Of a DNA stretch of 32,000 nucleotides, positions 16,938 to 28,925 are shown piece by piece. The position numbers were made by a program, and so were the translations under genes. Below the pieces are notes generated by a model. It had not been told where the DNA came from, ran no database searches, and was given only the letters and a program-made list of their open reading frames with translations. Every line of letters begins with the position of its first letter. The stretch's first letter is position 1. The stretch comes from Candidatus Saccharimonadota bacterium (GTDB lineage: Bacteria; Patescibacteriota; Saccharimonadia; Saccharimonadales; Saccharimonadaceae), in assembly GCA_049296095.1 (NCBI GenBank), contig JBAQRV010000001.1, positions 390,001-422,000 on the forward strand, in the 5' to 3' direction.

Positions 16938-18365
16938 GTACGCGGCAATTCCACTTCATATTCAATGAAGAGGGGGCGGACCTTATCCCGAAGTTACGGT
17001 CGCTGTATTGCCGAGTTCCTTAGCGAAGGTTCTCTCGTAAGCCTGAGTCTACTCGACTCGAGCACCTGTGTTGGTTTGCGGTACGGGCGGCTATAATCAC
17101 GCGTACATCTGCTTTTCTTGCCAGAGCTTTTGCCAAAATCGTCAGTCCGAAGACTAACTTTCACTCCCCTCACATTCCTGCTGGGTTGGACGGATACATA
17201 CCATGAATCCGCTTCGACTACTTCTCCGTGAACAGTGTACAAATTATAACCGGTTCAGGAATATTAACCTGATGTCCATCGCCTACGCTATGCGCCTCGG
17301 CTTAGGCCCGACTAACCCTGAGATGATTACCATGGCTCAGGAAACCTTGCTCTTACGGCCGACGGGATTCTCACCCGTCTTATGGTTACTCATTCCAGCA
17401 TTCTCACTTCCTCACGCTCCACCGGTACTTTCCAGTCCGGCTTCACTGCAGAGAGGAACGCTCCTCTACCACGCATAATAAATTATGCATCCATGTCTTC
17501 GGTAATATACTTGAGCCCCGTTACATTTTCCACGCAAGATCTCTTGACTAGTGAGCTGTTACGCACTCTTTAAATGAATGGCTGCTTCTAAGCCAACATC
17601 CTAGCTGTTTAAGAAATCTCACCTTGTTTCCCACTGAGTATATATTTAGGGACCTTAGACGATGGTCTGGGCTGTTTCCCTTTCGAGCGCCGAGCTTAGC
17701 CCCGACGTTCTAACTGCCAATGTACCACAGGCGGTATTCGTAGTTTGTTAAGGGTGAGTAGGGTTGCCCCCCTCAGTCCTTTACAGAGCTCTACCCCCGC
17801 CTGCTAATTAATTGACGCTAGCCCTAAAGCTATTTCGAGGAGAACCAGCTATCTCCGAGTTCGATTGGCATTTCACCTCTAACCACAAGTCATCCGAGCA
17901 CTTTGCTGCGTACGACGGTTCGGTCCTTCACTACCTATTACAGTAGCTTCAACCTGCTCATGGTTAGGTCACCCGGTTTCGGGTCTAATCCCTTAGACTA
18001 TGTTCGCCCTATTCAGGCTCGCTTTCACTGTGGCTCCGTCACTTGACTTAACCTTGCCTAAGAAATTAACTCGCTGGATCGTTCTACAAAAAGCACGCCG
18101 TCACCCCGTAGGGCTCCGACTCCTTGTAGGCACTAAGTTTCAGGATCTATTTCACTCCCCTCCCGGGGTTCTTTTCACCTTTCCATCACTGTACTAGTTC
18201 ACTATCGATCGTATATTATATTTAGCCTTGGGAGGTGGTCCTCCCGGATTCAGACAGGGTTTCTCGTGCCCCGCCCTACTCGATAAAACATGTATAAGGT
18301 CAAAGTTGTTTTCGCGTACGCGGCTTTCACGTCCTATGGCTAGTCATTCAAACTATTCCGCTAAC

Positions 18366-18525
18366 AACTCCGATTTCTTACCTTATCCAGTCGATGATAG
18401 TCGCTGGTCGCAAATCAGATACCTAAACCCGAAAGTTTAGTTCTCTGACTTGGTCGCATGTAATATCACAACCCCATTTAAGTATTCGCCTATCAGCTTA
18501 TCTAGATAAATCTAGAAACTTAAAA
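18366..18525 (-). other. ~145-nt expansion in 23S domain I (E. coli ~nt 270-285)
   Basis: About 160 nt separate the block homologous to GTTAGTGGAA from the block homologous to CAGCCCAGAGCC. In my recollection of the E. coli sequence the gap is ~15 nt. Confidence 0.55.
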
Positions 18526-18887
18526 GGTTTGGGCTGATCCCGTTTCGCTCGCCACTACTCCGAGAATCATTATTTATTTTCTCTTCCTCAACCTACTAAG
18601 ATGTTTCAGTTCAGTTGGTTCCCTACAAATTCCCTATATATTCAGGAACAGTTAACACGACATGACTCGTGCTGGGTTTCCCCATTCGGATATTCCCGGA
18701 TCAAAGCTTGTTGACAGCTCCCCGAGACTTTTCGCAGTCTTCCACGTCCTTCATCGGTAATATACGTCTAGGCATCCACTTATGTGCCCTTGAGTACCTT
18801 TTTATGCATTGACTTAACGAGTAATTGGTAATAACCATTATTACAATTACTTGCCGTCAATCTTAATTAAAAAATTTTCTTACATTC

Positions 18888-18899
18888 AAATTGTTAATG
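18888..18899 (-). promoter_or_regulatory. boxA-like antitermination element in the 23S leader
   Basis: The - strand reads CATTAACAATTT, compared with the boxA core CTTTAACAA. The same TTAACAATTT core occurs in the 16S leader. Confidence 0.4.
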
Positions 18900-19119
18900 T
18901 CCTGCGTTCTCACAACTTGAGGGCGCATTTCAACTCATCAGATTTGATGGGTCCCGTCCGCACTCAAGCTTACTGATCCTACCACGCGGCCTCGCACGCC
19001 GTAAAGTAGCTTTTTGTTGTATATTTTGCAATAAAGAGAACTATCTATTTCTTAATGGGACAATCTCTTTACTGTATGATCGCCAGAGGTTCTTTGTGAA
19101 CATGCGCTAATTAGGACTA

Positions 19120-19148
19120 ATTGTACTCTTTGTTATCTGTTTTTGCAA
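19120..19148 (-). promoter_or_regulatory. Promoter TTGCAA-N17-TACAAT upstream of 23S-5S
   Basis: The -35 is at 19148..19143 and the -10 at 19125..19120. It lies 10 nt after the stop of the preceding CDS. Confidence 0.55.
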
Positions 19149-19157
19149 GAGGTTTTA

Positions 19158-19430
19158 TTAAGTTGATACGCCTATTTTTTCGGCGATCTTTTGAACGATT
19201 ACCGTAAGGCTAGCCAGACTCCTCTCAACCTTATATAGATCCTGTTTTGTTGCCATATCTCTCCGAAGGGCGCGCACATCTTCCTTTGTTGCCACTTCAT
19301 TGTTTACAAACTCAAAATGGGTGTTCGCGTGCGCTCTAAACGCTTCGCTCTCACGTCGCATAATATCGAGTTGGTGCTGAATGTTGTCGATCTTCTTATC
19401 GAATTCCGTCTTTGGCATTATCGTTGTCAT
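19158..19430 (-). CDS. Coiled-coil hypothetical protein B (90 aa) inside the rRNA locus
   Basis: The strong SD GGGAGGTGGGGA precedes ATG 19430, and there is an ATGA overlap with the upstream ORF. The sequence has heptad character with ATKEDVRALRRDMATKQDL repeats, reminiscent of DUF1640-type coiled coils. Confidence 0.6.
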   Translation of the reverse strand: MTTIMPKTEFDKKIDNIQHQLDIMRRESEAFRAHANTHFEFVNNEVATKEDVRALRRDMATKQDLYKVERSLASLTVIVQKIAEKIGVST

Positions 19431-19726
19431 TCCCCACCTCCCTGTTCGCTTTTTCGTTTGAGATCCAAGTTTACGAAGTGCAGAGAGTCTTTGGCACCGC
19501 GTATATCTTCGTAGCATTCATCTATGATTTTGTTCATTCTCGCTATCTCGACTGGGTCATCCGTTTCTAAATCGTACTTCTGTAGTTCTAATCGAATACG
19601 CTTGTTATAATCCGTAAATGACTCGAGACGTGCTTCAGCTTCTTGCCTTAACTCATCAAGCTTTATGTCGATATCAGCAACCTTTTCTCGGAGTAGTAGC
19701 TTTGTGATCATGCTCTTATTAAACAC
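19427..19726 (-). CDS. Coiled-coil hypothetical protein A (94-99 aa) inside the rRNA locus
   Basis: The ORF is translationally coupled to protein B. The start is ambiguous (GTG 19726 or ATG 19711), with only a weak SD. The sequence is charged and helical (DELRQEAEARLESF...). Confidence 0.5.
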   Translation of the reverse strand: MFNKSMITKLLLREKVADIDIKLDELRQEAEARLESFTDYNKRIRLELQKYDLETDDPVEIARMNKIIDECYEDIRGAKDSLHFVNLDLKRKSEQGGGE

Positions 19727-19820
19727 TTCGATTCTTAAATAGCTTTAAACTATTGCCAATTTACAACGTAAAAACACAACGTGGGAGCCTTTCAGCGAGA
19801 AAACAAAAAACACCACGTAG

Positions 19821-19897
19821 TGGTGGGCGATGAGGGACTCGAACCTCCGACCTCGTCATTATCAGTGACGCGCTCTAACCAGCTGAGCTAATCGCCC
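19821..19897 (-). tRNA. tRNA-Ile (anticodon GAU), CCA encoded
   Basis: The reverse complement is GGGCGATTAGCTCAGCTGGTTAGAGCGCGTCACTGATAATGACGAGGTCGGAGGTTCGAGTCCCTCATCGCCCACCA. It folds as a cloverleaf with one A-C mismatch in the T stem. Confidence 0.93.
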
Positions 19898-19971
19898 ACG
19901 AATACGTGGTGTTTTTGTTGTAAATCAGTTCTTGGTGGAGTGACTCTGACTTTCGCCAGATTCACCCCTCG

Positions 19972-20048
19972 TGGTGGAGCATCAGGGACTCGAACCCTGG
20001 ACCCCCTGCTTGCAAAGCAGGTGCTCTAGCCAACTGAGCTAATGCCCC
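19972..20048 (-). tRNA. tRNA-Ala (anticodon UGC), CCA encoded
   Basis: The reverse complement is GGGGCATTAGCTCAGTTGGCTAGAGCACCTGCTTTGCAAGCAGGGGGTCCAGGGTTCGAGTCCCTGATGCTCCACCA. The G3:U70 identity pair is present. Confidence 0.95.
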
Positions 20049-20068
20049 ACGCCTATAGAACTCTGACC

Positions 20069-20097
20069 ATTCTAGCGCAAAATACCCTTTTGAGCAA
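20069..20097 (-). promoter_or_regulatory. Internal promoter TTGCTC-N17-TAGAAT just upstream of tRNA-Ala
   Basis: The -35 is at 20097..20092 and the -10 at 20074..20069. The predicted TSS is ~14 nt before the tRNA 5' end. Confidence 0.55.
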
Positions 20098-20122
20098 GAG
20101 GAGGATCTCGCTTTGCCAGAGG

Positions 20123-20155
20123 ATAAAAAAAGACCTCCGGGTCAACCGAAGGTCT
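20123..20155 (-). terminator. Intrinsic terminator between 16S and tRNA-Ala
   Basis: On the - strand, AGACCTTCGG-TTGAC-CCGGAGGTCT (one mismatch) is followed by TTTTTTTAT. Confidence 0.6.
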
Positions 20156-20364
20156 CTTCTCTTTTTAACAACTTAGTAGTGCAAATCGATTATCATCCTC
20201 AGTCTAGTATCTGAGAATTTTTTTGAACTTAGTCTTGTTCCAATATATCTGGCACTAATAAATTAGTGACAATTGGAACTATATTGTTATGTAAGCTCAA
20301 CACAACAAAAAGACCGACCTAGCTTCAGCGAACGATTACTCGATTCACTGGCGTAATCTCCTCT

Positions 20365-21835
<1,471 letters not shown>

Positions 21836-21935
21836 AAATCTCTATTTCAAGATTCATGACTCAAATACATAATTAACTGACGATGATTGATATCTATCTA
21901 ATAAAAGATAGATTTCTCGATTTGCACTACTAAAT

Positions 21936-21946
21936 TGTTAAAGATC
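21936..21946 (-). promoter_or_regulatory. boxA-like element in the 16S leader
   Basis: The - strand reads ATCTTTAACAA followed by TTT, compared with the boxA core GCTCTTTAACAA. It is embedded in the 16S processing stem. Confidence 0.45.
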
Positions 21947-22008
21947 TCGTCTTTATTTGCTTACAACTCCACAGTTGAAACTTACGGCCTTGCGACCAGA
22001 CTCTACCA

Positions 22009-22037
22009 ATCTTACGCCATATCTGTTAATCAGTCAA
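22009..22037 (-). promoter_or_regulatory. rRNA promoter TTGACT-N17-TAAGAT upstream of 16S
   Basis: The -35 is at 22037..22032 and the -10 at 22014..22009. It lies about 175 nt upstream of the mature 16S 5' end. Confidence 0.6.
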
Positions 22038-22061
22038 TAATGAAATTGAGGCAATTTGCAC

Positions 22062-22496
22062 TTAAATAGTCAGAAAGCTGACAGCGATCCCAACCAGCAC
22101 CCCAACCACAACGCCAGCCAGGACTTCGAACGGCGTGTGACCCTTTGCGACCCTCGGTAAACGGACCTTACTCTTCTGCTCTTTTATCAGCGCCGTCAAG
22201 GATGCGCCTTGTTCGCCAGACGAACGACGAACCATCATGGCGTCGTAGGTAACAATTAAAACAACCAGGAATGCGAGACCGAATACTGCCGAACCGAAAC
22301 CGTCTTTGAATCCGATCACAGTCGTGACAGCTAGAACCGTCGCACTGTGGGCGCTTGGCATACCGCCAGAAAGGTAGAGTTGTCGGAGGTTATTAATATT
22401 CCTCCCCTTAATACTCTGGATGATGGCCTTCAAACCCTGCGCGACAACCCACCCCACAACCGCGGCGATGATATAGGGAGAGAAGACCTCCATCAT
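22062..22496 (-). CDS. DUF212 / divergent PAP2-family membrane protein (144 aa)
   Basis: It has the GGMPSAHSATV motif and 3-4 predicted TM helices. The start overlaps the gyrA stop (TAATG). Confidence 0.75.
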   Translation of the reverse strand: MMEVFSPYIIAAVVGWVVAQGLKAIIQSIKGRNINNLRQLYLSGGMPSAHSATVLAVTTVIGFKDGFGSAVFGLAFLVVLIVTYDAMMVRRSSGEQGASLTALIKEQKSKVRLPRVAKGHTPFEVLAGVVVGVLVGIAVSFLTI

Positions 22497-25024
22497 TAAG
22501 CTTCTTCCGTTTCAGCTTCTTCGACGGCCTGTTCAGGAACAAATCCGAATGAGCTGACCTTGTCACCTTCACCGGTTCGCATAATACGAACACCTTGAGT
22601 GGTTCGTCCAAGCTGTGGAATATCCTTTAGCCCAACACGGATTGCCTGACCCTTGCTGGAGATCAACAAGATCTCGCTAGTGTCAGCCTCGAGTGAACGG
22701 ACAGCGACAATTGGACCGGTCTTTGCGGTTACGATGGCTGCCTTGATACCAACACCACCACGCTTGTGCGATGGGAAGTGAGACGCTTTGGTCACCTTAC
22801 CGAAGCCGTTTTCACTAATGACGAAGAGATTTCCTTCATCATTGGCAACAATATCCATACCAACCACACTATCGTTTGGTCGCAGGCGAACACCACGAAC
22901 ACCACGGGCGGCACGACCCATTGGACGGGCATCGGCTTCACCAAATCGAATCGCCTGACCAGCAGATGTTGAGATGATTACATCATTCTCGCCTGTGGTT
23001 TTCTTGATCCAGCGCAGTTCATCACCATCATCAAGCTTGATCGCAATCAGCCCATTGGTGCGGATATTTGTGTAGTCCTTAAATGGTGTTTTCTTGACTG
23101 TTCCCTTCAATGTCGCCATAAAGAGGTAGCCTTCTTCGCCAGAATCTTTCTCATTTCGAATGATCGAAGTGATGCGTTCTTCTGGTTGCAGTGCCAACAA
23201 GTTTACTGCCGCGACACCCTTCGCCGCCAGAGAGGCAGCTGGTACTTCGTAGGCTTTCAGGCGGAAGATACGACCCTTATTCGTAAAGAATAATAGGTAA
23301 TCATGGGTACTCGCTGGGATGAGTTGGTCAATGACGTCCTCTTCCTTCGTGGTCATCCCCCGCTTGCCCTTACCACCGCGGTGTTGGCGACGATATTCAC
23401 TGACTAATGTACGCTTGATGTAGTTCTCTGTTGTAAGTAATATAACAGAATCCTCTTCAGGGATGAGCTCTTCGTCGCTAAACTTACCGAGCTCGGAAGC
23501 AATGATTTTCGAACGTCGGTCATCACCAAACTTGTCGTTCATCTCACGCAGCTCTTCTTTAATAATGCGCAGAATCTCATTTTCGTCGCTCAGGATCTTC
23601 TCGAGTTCAGCAATCAGCAGCAACAACTGTGCCAATTCTTCTTCGATCTTGTCGCGTTCCAGTCCAGTGAGGCGGCGAAGCTGCATCGCCAGGATGGCTT
23701 GGGCTTGGATTTCAGAAAGTTTGAACTTTTCCATCAATCCCGCTTGGGCTTCTTCGCTCGTCTTGCTGGCACGAATCAATTTAATAACTTCATCGATGTG
23801 ATCGAGCGCAATCTTGTAGCCTTCGAGGATGTGTGCTCGGGCCTTGGCAGCCTTGAGTTCAAACTCGGTGCGGCGGCGAATCACCACTTGGCGGTGTTTG
23901 ATGAACTCTTGCAAGATCTCAACCAGACTCAGTGTTCGAGGCTGAATACCATCAACCAAAGCCAGCATATTGTAGTGGAAACTCGTCTGCATGGCAGTCA
24001 TCTTAAACAATTGGTTAAGAATCTTTTTAGGATATGAGTCTTTACGAAGCTCAATCACCACGCGAACCTTACCACGGGCGCTCTCGTCGCGGAGGTCACT
24101 GATGATAATCTTCTTGTCTTTGTGTAATTCAGCAATCTTTTCGATAAGTGTTGCTTTATTTACACCATATGGCATCTCTGTAATTACGATCTGGCTGCGA
24201 CCTTTTTTGGTTTCTTCGATGTCAGTCACTGCACGGATGACAACACTGCCACGACCGGTCTGGTAGGCCTGCTTCATCGGCGTACCGCCATAAACAATGG
24301 CACCTGTTGGGAAGTCAGGACCCTTCACAAATTCCATAAGATCCTCGACGGTTGCCTCAGGGTTGTCGATCAAATGAATCGTTGCATCAACCAACTCACC
24401 GAGGTTGTGCGGCGGAATACTCGTCGCCATACCTACCGCAATACCGAGCTGACCATTCAATAGTAAGTTTGGTAATTTAGCTGGCAAGACACTTGGTTCT
24501 TGCTCTGAACCATCATAGTTATCACGGAAGTCAACCGTGTCCTTCTCGAGGTCATCGAGCAGCTCATTACCAACGCGGCCCAGACGTGCCTCAGTATAAC
24601 GGTTAGCCGCTGGTGGATCTCCGTCCATTGAACCGAAGTTACCCTGTCCATTAACGAGCGGGTAACGCATCACCCAATCCTGCGCCAAACGGACCATTGC
24701 AAGATAAATCGAAGAGTCACCGTGCGGGTGGTATTTACCCATCACGTCACCGACGATACGGGCACTCTTTAAGAAACGGCCGCCCGGGCGAAGGTTTTGC
24801 TCACCCATCGAGTACAAAATACGACGATGGACTGGTTTTAACCCATCACGAACATCTGGCAGTGCTCGGTCGATAATGACACTCATTGAATAACGCAGGA
24901 AACTATCTTCCATCACGTTCTCAACCGTCAGGTTCTCGACAATACGCGAGTGTGTTTGTGGTGCTGCGATGATTTCGTCAGCTTCAATTGGTTGGTCGTT
25001 GGTATCCATTATTTCGTCATCCAT
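22496..25024 (-). CDS. gyrA: DNA gyrase subunit A
   Basis: The sequences [16 protein letters not shown], the active-site region [10 protein letters not shown] and the QRDR-like [12 protein letters not shown] are present, together with C-terminal beta-pinwheel repeats. Confidence 0.97.
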   Translation of the reverse strand: MDDEIMDTNDQPIEADEIIAAPQTHSRIVENLTVENVMEDSFLRYSMSVIIDRALPDVRDGLKPVHRRILYSMGEQNLRPGGRFLKSARIVGDVMGKYHPHGDSSIYLAMVRLAQDWVMRYPLVNGQGNFGSMDGDPPAANRYTEARLGRVGNELLDDLEKDTVDFRDNYDGSEQEPSVLPAKLPNLLLNGQLGIAVGMATSIPPHNLGELVDATIHLIDNPEATVEDLMEFVKGPDFPTGAIVYGGTPMKQAYQTGRGSVVIRAVTDIEETKKGRSQIVITEMPYGVNKATLIEKIAELHKDKKIIISDLRDESARGKVRVVIELRKDSYPKKILNQLFKMTAMQTSFHYNMLALVDGIQPRTLSLVEILQEFIKHRQVVIRRRTEFELKAAKARAHILEGYKIALDHIDEVIKLIRASKTSEEAQAGLMEKFKLSEIQAQAILAMQLRRLTGLERDKIEEELAQLLLLIAELEKILSDENEILRIIKEELREMNDKFGDDRRSKIIASELGKFSDEELIPEEDSVILLTTENYIKRTLVSEYRRQHRGGKGKRGMTTKEEDVIDQLIPASTHDYLLFFTNKGRIFRLKAYEVPAASLAAKGVAAVNLLALQPEERITSIIRNEKDSGEEGYLFMATLKGTVKKTPFKDYTNIRTNGLIAIKLDDGDELRWIKKTTGENDVIISTSAGQAIRFGEADARPMGRAARGVRGVRLRPNDSVVGMDIVANDEGNLFVISENGFGKVTKASHFPSHKRGGVGIKAAIVTAKTGPIVAVRSLEADTSEILLISSKGQAIRVGLKDIPQLGRTTQGVRIMRTGEGDKVSSFGFVPEQAVEEAETEEA

Positions 25025-25026
25025 GA

Positions 25027-27024
<1,998 letters not shown>

Positions 27025-27068
27025 CTATCTTCCCCTAATTTCGGCCTTTTCGGCATGTGTCTGCTTCT

Positions 27069-27097
27069 ATTATAGCGAAAAAATTTTGTTCACTCAA
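27069..27097 (-). promoter_or_regulatory. Promoter TTGAGT-N17-TATAAT for gyrBA
   Basis: The -35 is at 27097..27092 and the -10 at 27074..27069. Confidence 0.6.
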
Positions 27098-27176
27098 GCT
27101 ATTGCGTTGAACATATTTCTTATGCTAATCTGATGTACAAGAGGTCCATTAAAACAAAAAATGAAAAAAATCTATC

Positions 27177-28331
27177 ATGTTTAGAAAAATAGTCTCGAAT
27201 CTCTCCTTCAGCCCCGCTCTCGTCGGGCAGCTTGGCTTTTATGCCAAACGTCTTCGCAAAGAAGAGACGACTCGCCGACTTGGCTTGATATTTGTGGCCC
27301 TTGCGCTCGTCGTCCAAGGTCTGGTTGTCTTTCAACCACCAGAATCAGCCAACGCCTCTAACCCTGGCGACTTTATACCTGGCGGCATGGGTATGGGCTC
27401 AAACAAGTCATTAAATAACTTCCTCGCCCCTTATGACGCTAACTCGCGTAACCTCCAAGACGTTATGAATCAATTTGGCATCACCCGAGCTGAGATTGCG
27501 AGCGCCCAATTCGGTTCATTCTGGACCGGATCAAAGCTAGGTTGGGGGTATGAACCTCGCCCAGGCACCTCTGCCGTAACGGTGAATAATAGTGCTGGAA
27601 CCCCTGTAAACACAGTCTACGGGCGACCTCTCAGTATCGTGAACGGACAAACCGACATTTACGGATGGATCGGACACTCCGCAAAGATGGGCTGGTTCGC
27701 CATTATGCAGTCTTGTGGCAACTTGGTGACTGACGGGCTACCACCAGCTCCAACACCAGCAAATATCGTACTTTCAAAGACGGCTACGAACGTTTCGCAA
27801 GGAAACGTCGTCGCTAATAAGGTTACCGCCCAGTCAGGTGACAAGATCAGCTATACTATCACCGTTGAAAATAAGGGTGGCACCCCAAAAGCAACCGCAC
27901 TCCAAGATAACCTCGGTGATGCCCTCGAGTACTCACGCCTCATCGATAAGGGTGGCGGTGTGTATGATGAAACCAAACGAACTTTGACATGGCCTGATGT
28001 CACACTCCAACCAGGTGAAAAACAGGTCCGCACCTTTGCAGTTCAGGTACTCGATACGATTCCTGCGACGCCCCAAGGTATCAGTGACCCTAGCTCATAT
28101 AACTGTCTGATGGAGAACAAATTCGGCGATGACGTTGTTATCCCGGTCTATTGTGCTCCACCGAAGGTGATTGAACAGGTCACCACCGAGCTGCCAAAGA
28201 CCGGTCCAACTGAAAACATGATCTTTGCTGGTGCAGTCCTAGCGGTAGTCACCTACTTCTTCTTCCGATCGAAACAAATGAATAAAGAGGTCCGACTCAT
28301 CCGTCGCGATCTTAACGCAGGAAATATCTAA
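27177..28331 (+). CDS. LPxTG (LPKTG) cell-wall-anchored surface protein with a DUF11-type repeat domain
   Basis: The N-terminal signal anchor is LGLIFVALALVVQGLVVF. The DUF11-like segment is AQSGDKISYTITVENKGGTPKATALQDNLGDALEY. The sorting signal is ELPKTGPTE plus a hydrophobic stretch plus a basic tail. Confidence 0.8.
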   Translation: MFRKIVSNLSFSPALVGQLGFYAKRLRKEETTRRLGLIFVALALVVQGLVVFQPPESANASNPGDFIPGGMGMGSNKSLNNFLAPYDANSRNLQDVMNQFGITRAEIASAQFGSFWTGSKLGWGYEPRPGTSAVTVNNSAGTPVNTVYGRPLSIVNGQTDIYGWIGHSAKMGWFAIMQSCGNLVTDGLPPAPTPANIVLSKTATNVSQGNVVANKVTAQSGDKISYTITVENKGGTPKATALQDNLGDALEYSRLIDKGGGVYDETKRTLTWPDVTLQPGEKQVRTFAVQVLDTIPATPQGISDPSSYNCLMENKFGDDVVIPVYCAPPKVIEQVTTELPKTGPTENMIFAGAVLAVVTYFFFRSKQMNKEVRLIRRDLNAGNI

Positions 28332-28332
28332 T

Positions 28333-28920
28333 ATGAGCAATAGTCCCGAACAAGCACCCCAAGGTAACGAACGTGGCGAAGTGTCCAATGCTTCAGCCGA
28401 ACGCCTTGAAGAACTCAAAAACAAACTAGAAACCGGTGGTGAGCTAGGTGCTGAGAATCTCGAGAGTAATGAGAAGAAGGCCGAGAAAGCCAAGGCTGAA
28501 GCCCTAAACGAAGCTGTCAGCGTTGAGGCTGGTGGTGCCGAGAAGGGCGCCACTAAACCAAAGGAAGGTCCCGCTCGTCGCCGCGGTGGTATTAGCAAAA
28601 AAGAGAAAGAAGCCAGCTTCAAAAAAGAAATGGCCCGTATCCAGGCAGAGATGTCCCCTCCAGCACGTGCCTTTAGTAAGGTTATCCATTCAAAGGCCGT
28701 TGAAAAGACTAGTGAAGTCGTGGGTGCAACCATCGCTCGACCAAATGCTATTCTTTCTGGTGCAATTGTCGCCTTCGTCTTGGTGCTGGCCGTCTACTTG
28801 GTTGCCAAGAATCTTGGCTATGTCCTATCTGGCTTTGAAACCATTGGCGCCTTTATTGTTGGATGGATTATCGGAGTACTCTATGATTACTTCCGTATCA
28901 TGATCACTGGCAAGAAGTAA
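28333..28920 (+). CDS. Hypothetical membrane protein (195 aa): disordered Glu/Lys-rich N-terminus and two C-terminal TM helices
   Basis: It starts 1 nt after the LPKTG gene stop. The TM segments are ILSGAIVAFVLVLAVYLVA and IGAFIVGWIIGVLYDYF. Confidence 0.6.
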   Translation: MSNSPEQAPQGNERGEVSNASAERLEELKNKLETGGELGAENLESNEKKAEKAKAEALNEAVSVEAGGAEKGATKPKEGPARRRGGISKKEKEASFKKEMARIQAEMSPPARAFSKVIHSKAVEKTSEVVGATIARPNAILSGAIVAFVLVLAVYLVAKNLGYVLSGFETIGAFIVGWIIGVLYDYFRIMITGKK

Positions 28921-28925
28921 CTCCC

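Noticed and set aside
18928-18941. A hammerhead-ribozyme-like core on the - strand in the 23S leader (CUGAUGAG followed 2 nt later by GAAA).
   Set aside because: Only 3 nt separate CUGAUGA from GAAA, so there is no room for stem II. No convincing stems I or III or cleavage-site context were found. It is probably a chance match.
28239-28733. A 164-aa - strand ORF and other antisense ORFs within long genes (infB, rpsA, gyrA, gyrB, M14, T4 ATPase).
   Set aside because: They are antisense shadows of well-supported genes, with no motifs and Ser/Arg/Pro-rich compositions typical of non-coding frames.
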